From: Halodesulfurarchaeum sp.
Lineage (GTDB): Archaea > Halobacteriota > Halobacteria > Halobacteriales > Halobacteriaceae
Reading direction: 5' to 3'
Assembly: GCA_034520565.1 (NCBI GenBank)
Contig: JAXHNL010000002.1
Span: 640,001 to 704,000, forward strand
DNA length: 64,000 nucleotides
Under the pieces are notes generated by a model. It saw nothing but the letters and a program-made list of their open reading frames with translations, was not told the DNA's origin and searched no databases. Position 1 is the stretch's first letter; each line of letters starts with the position of its first letter. Positions 29,178-37,830 of the stretch are shown here, piece by piece. Position numbers and translations under genes: made by a program.

Positions 29178-29453
29178 ATGGCAACTCCCATCGAACTCGG
29201 GCTACTGCTCCTCGTCGCAGTCGCAGTGATCGTGGCCTACCTGCTGCTTCGGGCGATCAAACCGTTCATCATCAACGCGGTCCTCGGCCTCGTGGTGCTA
29301 TTGCTCGCCGGCTTCCTCGGCTTCGAGGTCGCGATCACGCCGATCGTGGTCCTCATCGTCGCAGTTGGTGGAATCCCCGGTGCGCTGTTGGTGCTGCTGC
29401 TCGCGTACTTCGGCATCCTGGTCGGCCCGGCCGCCCTCATCGCGTTCGTCTAA
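29178..29453 (+). CDS. Small membrane protein (BofA-like)
   Basis: KPFIINAVLG...GGIPGALL. Confidence 0.75.
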   Translation: MATPIELGLLLLVAVAVIVAYLLLRAIKPFIINAVLGLVVLLLAGFLGFEVAITPIVVLIVAVGGIPGALLVLLLAYFGILVGPAALIAFV

Positions 29454-31495
29454 GACTCCTCGTCGAAGAGTTCGAGGTCGGCCACGATGTCGTACGGGTC
29501 GGTCCCCTTCCGGACGTGATCGAGGATGAGAAAGGCCTGGTCCGGTCGAAGGAAGTGGGTCGTGACCGCCCGGCCCAGTGGCGTCGGCTCTAGGCCGTCG
29601 ATGAAGCCGTACTCGATGAGCTTCGAGAGGGCCTGTTTCGTCGGAATGTCCCCGAGCATGCGGTCGTTGAGCCGCTTGGCCGCGCTGCCGCCGACCGTGA
29701 CGTTGGCGAGCGTTTCCGCGACCGCCGCGTCCGCGTCGTAATGGGCGATGACGTCCTCCATCTCGCCCTTGAGGAGCGTAAACGCGACCTCGTCCTCGGT
29801 CCGGTCCATCGATCCGTGGTAGACCCCGTCGGGCTCGACGAGGAGGAAGACCCGGCCCCGGTCGTGGTAGTCCGGACGGCCGGCCCGGCCGAGCATCTGC
29901 TCGAACTCCTGGACGGAGAGCCACTCGATCCCCATCGCGAGGGAGTCGAAGATCACTTGCGAGGCGGGGAAGTCCACTCCGGCCGCGAGGGCCGCAGTCG
30001 TCACGACCGCAGCGAGGTCCTGGTCGGCGAACTCCCGCTCGACTTGCTTGCGCTTGCCGTAATCGAGGCCGGCGTGATACGGCGCGGAGGCATAATCCAG
30101 CTTCCGGCTGATCTCGTGACAGCGTCGCCGGGAGTTCGTGAAGACGATCGTCTGGCCCCGGTAGCCCTTCGAGGAGGTGGCGTCGAACTCTCGGCGGACG
30201 AGTTTGTTCTCGATTCGGGGCTTCTCCGGACCGTCCGCGAAGGTGACGTGGCGCTCGATCGGCACCGGCCGCTCCTCGAACTCGATCGGCGTCGCTTCGA
30301 GCACTTTTGCGAGTTGGCCGGTGTTTCCGACCGTCGCCGAGAGGTAGATCCACTGGGTGCCGCCCGGACCGCCGTGGCGCTGTTCGGTGTAGTGCTTCAA
30401 GCGGGAGATGAGACCGTCGAGGCGGTGGCCCCGCTCCGGGTCCTGGAGGGTGTGGATCTCGTCGATGACGACCGTCCCGATGTCGCCCAGGTCGCGGCCG
30501 GTTCGGAGGGCGTGATCGATCCCCTCGTAGGTACCGACGATGATGTCCGCGTCGGGTTCGAAGGCCACGCCGTCCTCCCGGATGCGGCTCGCGCCCACCC
30601 GGATCGTCACGTCCGCGAGGTGACCGTACTCGGCGGCGAAGTCCTCCTCCTTCTGGTTGGCAAGCGCGACGAGCGGGACCAGAAAGAGCAGCTTTCCCTT
30701 CCCGTTGAGCAGCCGATTCAGTCCGGCAAGTTCTCCGACGAGGGTTTTGCCGGTCGCCGTCGCGGAGACGACGAGTTGGTCCTCGTCATCGAGGAGCCCG
30801 TGTTCGACCGCGAGGCGCTGCACCGGGAGCAGGGTGTCAAAGCGGTCCTCGAGGAGCGCCTGGAGGTCGGGATGCAGCGAGAGCTCCTCGACCGCGACGT
30901 CCGGGATATCCTCGGTACTTGCGGAGATTTCGTCGAACTTCGTCAGGTCGGGGTCGAGTTCGCCCTGCAGCAGGTCGACGATCCGGTCCAGGTCCCCGAC
31001 TTCGAAGAGCAGTTCCTCGAGTCGCTCCTCGGCCGCCCCGGAGAACCCGCCCGAGAACGCGAGTTCGCGCTCGAGTTCGCGGGTCGCACAGTCCCGGCAG
31101 ATGTACTCGGTGCCGGACTTGATCGCCGTCTCCTCCGTGATCGGGCCGTACCGCCACTGGCCGGCACAGAGCCGGCAGGTCCGCACCCGCGTCGCCTCGA
31201 GCTGGTACCCGGAAAGCATCTCCTGGAGTTCGTTTCGGCCCCGCTTCGAGGTCTGCTGGGAGATGCGGATACGCTCGGCCCGGCGGGCGATTTCGACGAA
31301 CTCCTCGGGAGCCCGGGGTTCCTCGTCGCTCTCGCTTTTGATGCGAAACCTGGCGGGCCGCGGACCGGCCGCGGTCTCCTTGAGTTCGAGGACCGCGCGG
31401 AACAGCCGCTCGCCGTCGCGCTGGGCGACGACGAGGTAGTCGCCCTGGCGCTCGTGGAAGAACAGCGTTTCGACGCGTGCGGCCTGCCGGGACAC
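29450..31495 (-). CDS. Archaea-specific SF2 DEAD/DEAH helicase (ASH-Ski2/AshA-like)
   Basis: N-terminal CxxC...CxxC, SATATGKT, DEIH, SAT, QMLGRAGRP. Confidence 0.9.
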   Translation of the reverse strand: MSRQAARVETLFFHERQGDYLVVAQRDGERLFRAVLELKETAAGPRPARFRIKSESDEEPRAPEEFVEIARRAERIRISQQTSKRGRNELQEMLSGYQLEATRVRTCRLCAGQWRYGPITEETAIKSGTEYICRDCATRELERELAFSGGFSGAAEERLEELLFEVGDLDRIVDLLQGELDPDLTKFDEISASTEDIPDVAVEELSLHPDLQALLEDRFDTLLPVQRLAVEHGLLDDEDQLVVSATATGKTLVGELAGLNRLLNGKGKLLFLVPLVALANQKEEDFAAEYGHLADVTIRVGASRIREDGVAFEPDADIIVGTYEGIDHALRTGRDLGDIGTVVIDEIHTLQDPERGHRLDGLISRLKHYTEQRHGGPGGTQWIYLSATVGNTGQLAKVLEATPIEFEERPVPIERHVTFADGPEKPRIENKLVRREFDATSSKGYRGQTIVFTNSRRRCHEISRKLDYASAPYHAGLDYGKRKQVEREFADQDLAAVVTTAALAAGVDFPASQVIFDSLAMGIEWLSVQEFEQMLGRAGRPDYHDRGRVFLLVEPDGVYHGSMDRTEDEVAFTLLKGEMEDVIAHYDADAAVAETLANVTVGGSAAKRLNDRMLGDIPTKQALSKLIEYGFIDGLEPTPLGRAVTTHFLRPDQAFLILDHVRKGTDPYDIVADLELFDEES

Positions 31496-31541
31496 GGCCC
31501 GGGATACGGAGTCGGGGTATTTCAGCGCCCCGTCTCATGGG

Positions 31542-31919
31542 CTACTCGGCCAGTTCGATCTCGTCTTCGCCGTTCGGGACGACACAGATGAATGCGGCTT
31601 CGGCGTCGCCCGTGTTCCGATACCAGTGGACTGACCCGGCCGGGATCAACAGCGAATCCCCCGGTTCGACTTCGTACTCGGTTTCGGTACCGTCCTCCCG
31701 GATGCCGACCACGTACTCGCCCTCGAGGACGTACTGCTCGTGTTCGACCCGATTCGTGTGTTTGGGGACCGTCGCGCCGGCGTCGAGGGTGAAGCGTCGC
31801 ATGCGGAAGTTCGGCGCGTCCTGGTCCTCGCCGACGAGAACGCCTTTTTGCAGGCCCTCGGCGGCCGATTGGCGCTCGTATTCGATCTCGTCGCTCCGCC
31901 GGATGACTGGCTCGGGCAT
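31542..31919 (-). CDS. Cupin domain protein
   Basis: HTNRVEHEQYVLEG, IPAGSVHWY. Confidence 0.9.
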   Translation of the reverse strand: MPEPVIRRSDEIEYERQSAAEGLQKGVLVGEDQDAPNFRMRRFTLDAGATVPKHTNRVEHEQYVLEGEYVVGIREDGTETEYEVEPGDSLLIPAGSVHWYRNTGDAEAAFICVVPNGEDEIELAE

Positions 31920-31978
31920 GGCGGCGAATTCGGTGGCCGGCCCTATACCTTAAACGGACGTGACGACAACGTGTCGAT

Positions 31979-33178
31979 ATGCGAAGTTTCCGTATCGGGA
32001 GCGCCTTCGGGGTCCCGGTCAAGCTGGATATCACGTTTCTCCTCGTGTTGCCGCTTTTCGCCTGGCTGATCGGCTCGCAGGTGACCGAACTCGTTGACCT
32101 CCTCAATACGTTGTGGACGTTGAATCTCGACACCGCCGCGCTCACGGCGGGGTCGATGCCGATGATTCTGGGGATGGCTGCCGCCCTCGGGCTGTTCGCG
32201 GGGGTCCTCCTGCACGAATTCGGGCACGCCCTGGTGGCCATTCACTATGGGTTTCCCATCGAATCGATCACGCTCTGGTTCCTGGGCGGGATCGCGCAAC
32301 TCTCCGAACAGCCCGAGGACTGGAAAATCGAACTTCAGATCGCCATTGCCGGACCGGTCGTGAGCGTCGTCCTCGGCGTGTTCCTCTGGGTCGTTCTCAC
32401 GCTCTTTCCCACCAGTCCCGATGTTGCCCTGTTCCTGCTTGCCTACCTCGCCCTGATCAACGTCGCCCTCGCCGCGTTCAACATGCTCCCCGGCTTCCCG
32501 ATGGACGGCGGCCGGGTGCTACGAGCGCTGTTGGCCCGGAAGCGAACCTTCGCCAGAGCGACCCACCTCGCCGCGGAGGTGGGAAAGGGCGTGGCCATTA
32601 TCCTGGGCATCGTCGGCCTGTTCAGTTTCAACATCATTCTCATCGGGATCGCCTTCTTCATCTACATCGGGGCGGCCGGCGAATCCCAGCAGACCACCCT
32701 CAAGGCCGCCTTCGAGGGGGTTTCAGTTGCGGACGTGATGACGCCGGTCGAGTCGGTCGCCACGGTCGCCCCGGAGGAGTCCGTCGCCGACCTGGTCGAA
32801 CGGATGTTCCGGAAGCGCTACACCGGATTCCCGGTCGAGGAAAACGAGGAAATCGTCGGGATGGTGACCCTCTCGGACGCCCGCGAGGTCGAACCCGTCG
32901 AGCGGGATGCCTTCACTGTGCGGGACATTATGAGCACCGACCTCAAGACGATCGAACCCACGGCGGACGCCGCCGCGGCGCTCGAGCGAATACAGCGGGA
33001 GTCCGTTGGACGGTTGGTCGTCGTCGACGAACACGGCGAAATGGCCGGCTTGCTCTCCCGGACGGATCTCATGCGGGCCTTCGAGATCATCAAGACGAGC
33101 GGGTTGCAGCCCGCAGAAAAGCCGGTCGAGCCGGATCAGCGGTTCGTGGACGGGCCGCCGGATTCGCCGCGGTGGTGA
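31979..33178 (+). CDS. Site-2 protease (M50) with CBS domains
   Basis: HEFGH, AGP, FNMLPGFPMDGG, two CBS domains. Confidence 0.94.
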   Translation: MRSFRIGSAFGVPVKLDITFLLVLPLFAWLIGSQVTELVDLLNTLWTLNLDTAALTAGSMPMILGMAAALGLFAGVLLHEFGHALVAIHYGFPIESITLWFLGGIAQLSEQPEDWKIELQIAIAGPVVSVVLGVFLWVVLTLFPTSPDVALFLLAYLALINVALAAFNMLPGFPMDGGRVLRALLARKRTFARATHLAAEVGKGVAIILGIVGLFSFNIILIGIAFFIYIGAAGESQQTTLKAAFEGVSVADVMTPVESVATVAPEESVADLVERMFRKRYTGFPVEENEEIVGMVTLSDAREVEPVERDAFTVRDIMSTDLKTIEPTADAAAALERIQRESVGRLVVVDEHGEMAGLLSRTDLMRAFEIIKTSGLQPAEKPVEPDQRFVDGPPDSPRW

Positions 33179-33208
33179 GCGAGGGGCTCGTTGTTTTTTG
33201 TGGAAGGC

Positions 33209-33677
33209 GGTCCGGGTGCGAGAAGTTGAACAACGCCGAGACGGTCCTGCTCACCTCGCTCCGCTCGATTGTGCGGGCTGCGCCTCGTCTCGTTCAATCT
33301 CGCACTACGGCTTCCACACCGCCCATCGAACGTCTCGCGGCGGTCCGTTCGGACCAGCCGCTCGACGGTTCGAGTGTTAGCGGAGGTCCGGGTGCGAGAA
33401 GTTGAACCGAAGGAAGACGCGCTCGCTCGCATTTGCTCGCTGTGCGCGCCTTCCAGGGTTCAAATCTCTCCCGGGACTTCTCACCGCCCACGCACTCGCC
33501 CGGCTCCTGACGGAGCACGGGCTCGTGGTTGGTTCGCGGAAGAAGGTCCGGGTGCGAGAATTGAACCACGGTGCAAGACGCTTCCTCGCTCACTCCGTTC
33601 GCGAGACTGCGCCCTTCCGTCGATTCGATTCTCGCCTTCCGGACCGTCGTCTCGCTTACGCTCGTTCGCAGACAGAA
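33209..33677. repeat. Tandem array of three tRNA-His 3'-end-derived fold-back elements
   Basis: GGTCCGGGTGCGAGAA(G)TTGAAC at 33209, 33385 and 33545, each followed by a palindromic core and an inverted T-arm copy. Confidence 0.85.
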
Positions 33678-33678
33678 G

Positions 33679-33751
33679 GTCCGGGTGCGAGATTGAACCC
33701 GCGTCTCAGCCTCCACAAGGCTGAAGGATAGTCCACTACCCTAACCCGGAC
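33679..33751 (-). tRNA. tRNA-His (GUG) with encoded G-1
   Basis: G-TCCGGGT acceptor, CAGCC-TTGTGGA-GGCTG anticodon arm, C73 discriminator; T-loop reads as 6 nt. Confidence 0.92.
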
Positions 33752-33862
33752 ACGCCTGAACGCAAGGGGTTCCCGCCCAAATACGTTACGACATGGGGGC
33801 TCCCGATCCCTCGATTCCGCCCGACACGCTTTTGGGTCGATCCCGGCTACGACCCGACAGGC

Positions 33863-34315
33863 GTGGCCATCACGGACAAGATCTACGTGAAAAACCACCG
33901 GCAACTCGCCTCCCAACTCGAGGTCTCCTTCCCCAAGAACGCCTTCAGCGGGGCGACTCTCGACCTCCTGTTCGCAGGGCGAGGCCTGGAGAAGCTCGAC
34001 GAAGCCAACCGCGAGAAAGTGCTCGACTTCGCCGAGGATTTCCTCGATTGTACCTGTGATTCGAATCCCTATTGTGGCCACCCCGAACGCAAGTTCATCG
34101 CCTACCTCCTCGACCTCCGGGCCCAGCATCTCGATCCCGAATCGATCGTGAACGTGATGACGGACGACTACATGCTCTATGCCTATCCCGGGGACGTCTA
34201 CTCGTTTCTCGACGATGCCGTCCGCTCACTCGAGGCTGTCGAAGAAATTGCGCGGGTCGACGGGCGGGGGAACGCGGCCGAGCGGGCCGCTCGACGGAAA
34301 CGGGAATTGCTGTAA
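33863..34315 (+). CDS. DUF5814-like Cys-motif protein
   Basis: DFLDCTCDSNPYCGH, YAYPGD. Confidence 0.82.
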   Translation: MAITDKIYVKNHRQLASQLEVSFPKNAFSGATLDLLFAGRGLEKLDEANREKVLDFAEDFLDCTCDSNPYCGHPERKFIAYLLDLRAQHLDPESIVNVMTDDYMLYAYPGDVYSFLDDAVRSLEAVEEIARVDGRGNAAERAARRKRELL

Positions 34316-34357
34316 ATCGGCGCTCAGTTGGCTCGAATAGATCTGAAAACCGAGTGA

Positions 34358-34774
34358 CTACCCGATCTGGTAGCGATCGCGCTCGGTGCCGTTCCCGGCC
34401 TCTTCGTCGATGTCCTCGAGGTGGACGATCTCCTCGATCTCCTCCTCCGTGTCCAGCGCGCCCTGCAGGCGAGTGATGTACTCCTTGTGCTCCTGGAGCT
34501 GGTCCCGAAGGTGTTGGGCCTCGAGTTCGAGGCGCTCGTGCTCGCGAACGAAGCTCTTTGGGACCTCGACCCGGGGCGGGAACTCCTCGGCGTCGACCTC
34601 CCGGACGTCGTTCTCCGGGACGACCCGCACCTTGCCCTCGTGGGCGACGAGCATGTCGACGTAATCCCGGAAGACCGCAGAGAGGGAGATGTCACGCTCT
34701 TCGGCGATCTCCCGGAGCGCCTCGAAGGCGTCCTCGCTGACCCGGAAGGAGATCGTCTTGTTCTTGTTGCCCAT
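34358..34774 (-). CDS. CopG/ribbon-helix-helix protein
   Basis: MGNKNKTISFRV...ISLSAVFRDY plus coiled coil. Confidence 0.88.
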   Translation of the reverse strand: MGNKNKTISFRVSEDAFEALREIAEERDISLSAVFRDYVDMLVAHEGKVRVVPENDVREVDAEEFPPRVEVPKSFVREHERLELEAQHLRDQLQEHKEYITRLQGALDTEEEIEEIVHLEDIDEEAGNGTERDRYQIG

Positions 34775-34832
34775 AGCAACGGATAGCGCAGCGATCTCCT
34801 TAAGGGTTCGTCAGACGACTGTCACGGGCCGC

Positions 34833-35426
34833 TCAGGCTTCCGCCGGTTCTTCCTCGACCTCGTCGAGGCTCTCCAGGGCTTCGACGACGGCATTCTGAT
34901 AGCGGCCGGGGTCGACGTCGTACTCCTCGCGGGCCCGGATCCCGTACTCGTTCGTCTCCGAATCGAGGACCTCGAGCCGATCCAGCGTGCGCTCGGCGGT
35001 CTCGGTGACCCACCGGCTCCGGGTCTGCTCGTCCACGACCGTGATCGACTCGGGACGGATCGAGACGTTGACCGTCCCGTCGTCGGTCTCGTAGGTGCGG
35101 GGTTTGCCCACGACGGCGACGTAGGTCGGCGTTTCGAGCTCTCGGAGCTGTCCGGCGGCCTCGGGCTGATACTGGCCGGCGTAGACGAAGACGGTGCCGG
35201 TGGGATCGACGACCCGACCCTGCCAGTACTCCTGCTCGTTGCCGACGTCCTCGGTTTCGGTCAGCGTCCCGACGACGAAGACGCGGTTGGCCTGCTCCCC
35301 GGTCGGGAGGAGGACGTAGACTGGGGCCCGATCGTCGTCGCTTTCCTTGAACGTGAACGTGGCGTCGTTGAGTTCCGTGGCGAAGACGCGGCGGGCCGTC
35401 TCGCGCATGGGCGTGGTGTCCGCCAT
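34833..35426 (-). CDS. RPA-associated OB-fold protein (RPAP)
   Basis: RETARRVFA, NRVFVVGTLTE, DPTG; directly downstream of RPA. Confidence 0.9.
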   Translation of the reverse strand: MADTTPMRETARRVFATELNDATFTFKESDDDRAPVYVLLPTGEQANRVFVVGTLTETEDVGNEQEYWQGRVVDPTGTVFVYAGQYQPEAAGQLRELETPTYVAVVGKPRTYETDDGTVNVSIRPESITVVDEQTRSRWVTETAERTLDRLEVLDSETNEYGIRAREEYDVDPGRYQNAVVEALESLDEVEEEPAEA

Positions 35427-36359
35427 TTACATCGACCTCGCTCGGATGAGGACCTCGTCGGGATCGGCCAGCTCCGACAGCGCTTCGACCTCGTTGGCGA
35501 GGAGATAGCGTCCCATCACCGGGCCCGTCACTTCGTAGTACCGGCCGAGGACGGTCTCTTCCATCTCGTCGGCAACGACGGTCGTGTCGAGGGCGTCCTG
35601 GGCCATCTCCTTTGCCGTCTCGATGTCGATACCGGTGAGTTCCTCGGTCATCTCGCGGTCGAAGATGACCTCCTGGACGGATTTGCCGTCGTCGAGGACG
35701 CCCTTGATCCGGAGGTCGAACTCGCCTTCGACGTCGCCGTGCTCCGAACAGCGCCCGTTCTGGAGGACGCGGGTACACCCCTCCATGGGGCACCGCTTGA
35801 TCAGGCCGCTGCCGGACTGGATGTCGACCAGCGCGCCCTCCATGGTGGCGTCGTCGTCGCCGACCTCGATCTCCTCGTCGAGTTCGGTGATTTCGGTCGT
35901 CTTGTTGAGCTTGACCGAATACCGGCCCTGGTACTCGTCGGTCACGACGTTCTCGAGCCGGTAGACCGAGCCCTCCTCGAGGGAAGCGAGGTCGGACTTC
36001 GCCCAGGCGGTGAACTTGATGGTGCCGCTTTCGTCGCCGAGGAGCCCGACCTGGGCGACCGCGTCGCTCCGCGGGTCCCAGAGGTCGACGACCTGGACGG
36101 TGAGATTCACCCACTGCTCGGGCTGGTCGATGTCGGCGACCGAGACCTCCGTTTGGCTGCCACCGCCGGCGATGTCCTCGCGTTCGAGGCCTGCCTCCTC
36201 GAGGTAGTGGTTCTCCACGCTCCGGCGCGCCTCGGTGAGGGGAACTTTGTACTCCGAAACCAGTCGTTCGAGCCGCGAGGTCACGTCCTCGAGGTCGATC
36301 TCGAGATGCTCGGTGAACTCCTCGTGAATGTCCTCGGCCGCAGTCTGTATGTCGCTCAT
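35427..36359 (-). CDS. Replication protein A (RPA3-type, Zn finger)
   Basis: LGDESG OB fold, GSGLIKRCP..CTRVL..GRC.EHG. Confidence 0.93.
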   Translation of the reverse strand: MSDIQTAAEDIHEEFTEHLEIDLEDVTSRLERLVSEYKVPLTEARRSVENHYLEEAGLEREDIAGGGSQTEVSVADIDQPEQWVNLTVQVVDLWDPRSDAVAQVGLLGDESGTIKFTAWAKSDLASLEEGSVYRLENVVTDEYQGRYSVKLNKTTEITELDEEIEVGDDDATMEGALVDIQSGSGLIKRCPMEGCTRVLQNGRCSEHGDVEGEFDLRIKGVLDDGKSVQEVIFDREMTEELTGIDIETAKEMAQDALDTTVVADEMEETVLGRYYEVTGPVMGRYLLANEVEALSELADPDEVLIRARSM

Positions 36360-36470
36360 TGTGGGTCAGTCTCCGGGATCGGTCGGGAGACGGTCATGGG
36401 TTGGCCGTGTTCGTTCATAAACTTCAGTACGCGGCGAGTGTTTGAAAGCCCTCGGACTGGTACTGAGTGC

Positions 36471-36737
36471 ATGGCGGATCTCGGGGAGTGGTTCCGGACT
36501 GCGGCCCGGAAGGCGGGGCGGACAGTCGGGGCTATCGGCACCCAGTTTTCCGGCGGTCGGATGGAGGGTGCCCTGCCCCAAAACGAGACTGGCAAGGTCC
36601 GGATCGTCTGTCGCCGCTACGCGGAGCGTCGCGCCGTCTCCGTGACGGCCGGCAAACCGGCCTGTTTCGAGGCCAACAACCCGGATTGTGAGTCGTGTCT
36701 CGAGGACATCGCGGACGGGACCGTCGAGACCTGGTAA
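36471..36737 (+). CDS. Small Cys-motif hypothetical protein
   Basis: IVCRRYAERR, PACF, DCESC, VETW. Confidence 0.78.
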   Translation: MADLGEWFRTAARKAGRTVGAIGTQFSGGRMEGALPQNETGKVRIVCRRYAERRAVSVTAGKPACFEANNPDCESCLEDIADGTVETW

Positions 36738-36770
36738 ACGGAAAATCGCCGGTGAGCGGATCGCCGGCAG

Positions 36771-37244
36771 TCACTCCCCGGGCTCGACCCGCACCCGCAT
36801 CGTGCCGTCACTTGTGACGCCCACCAGTATGTGCTGTCGCACCTCCCGGCCGGCGATCGCGTCCCCGGCGGCGTCGCTGACGAGCTTCATCACTTCCGGC
36901 GCGGAGTAGGGTACCTTCACCCCGGCGTCGTCACAGCCGGCATACACCAGATCGGGGACCTCGTAGAGGTCGGCTCCCGGTTCGATGGTGATCTGGACCG
37001 GGGCCTGGAGGGTCTCGGCAAACGCCACGGTCTCCCTGGCCTTCGAAATGTTCTCCCGTGCGCTCGACTCGACCTTCGAGACGTTCGCCCGGGAGGTGCC
37101 CAGTTCCTCGGCGATGTCGGCCTGCGGGAACTCCCGCTCCCGGAGGGCGAGCACTTCGGCCTGTCGCCTCGTCAACACGCTCTCCTTGGGGTCGAATCCT
37201 GCTCGGTCGAGAATCGCGCTGACGTCCGGTACCTCCTTGCTCAT
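36771..37244 (-). CDS. Tfx family DNA-binding protein
   Basis: LTRRQAEVL...QADIAEELGTSRANVS..E.SARENI. Confidence 0.9.
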   Translation of the reverse strand: MSKEVPDVSAILDRAGFDPKESVLTRRQAEVLALREREFPQADIAEELGTSRANVSKVESSARENISKARETVAFAETLQAPVQITIEPGADLYEVPDLVYAGCDDAGVKVPYSAPEVMKLVSDAAGDAIAGREVRQHILVGVTSDGTMRVRVEPGE

Positions 37245-37292
37245 TGTCCCTTCTTTGAGGCCCGCCCCAAAAAACCACCCGCCCGTACAGCC

Positions 37293-37775
37293 TCAGCTGC
37301 CCCAGAAGTTCTCTCGGCTGCCGAGCCGCGGATCCTCCTCGCGTCGGCTGCTTGACTCCGATTCGGTCTCCGCTTCGTCGTCGTTTTCCTCGCTCGCTTC
37401 CGATTCGGCCTCCCCTTCCTCGGCCGTCTCGCCCGGCGGGCCGTCGAGTTTCTCCTCGAGGTTCGCGCGTGCGTAGTTCGATTTCACCGTCTCGACGGTC
37501 GCCTCGACCCACGCCTCGGGCAGGACGCCGTCGACCATGATCACGAAGCCGCTCTCCTGGTGGTGGCCCACGCCAGCCCCGCTCTCGTGCATGTCGGTCA
37601 CCTCGACGACGACCGTTTCCCCGGGCACGACAGGGGCCGTCTTGAGATCCTCGATCGGTTGACTGTAGTGATTACACCACTGCATCCCGCCCCGGTCCCC
37701 GAAGTGTTGGCACCCCATGCCGTCGATTCGCTCCGAGAAGTGGGGACAATCGTCCGAGAGTGGGCACGTCGCCAT
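37293..37775 (-). CDS. TRAM domain protein with N-terminal Cys cluster
   Basis: CPLSDDCP..C..C, DMHESGAGVG, RLGSRENFWG. Confidence 0.85.
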   Translation of the reverse strand: MATCPLSDDCPHFSERIDGMGCQHFGDRGGMQWCNHYSQPIEDLKTAPVVPGETVVVEVTDMHESGAGVGHHQESGFVIMVDGVLPEAWVEATVETVKSNYARANLEEKLDGPPGETAEEGEAESEASEENDDEAETESESSSRREEDPRLGSRENFWGS

Positions 37776-37830
37776 TACGGAAGGCTACCGGTTCAGTCCA
37801 TTAAACTCCACCGTCACGAGCGCGCCCCGC

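Noticed and set aside
33209-33700. CRISPR array interpretation of the repeats
   Set aside because: Repeats are tRNA 3' ends, spacers are 110-150 nt and palindromic, and there are no cas genes.
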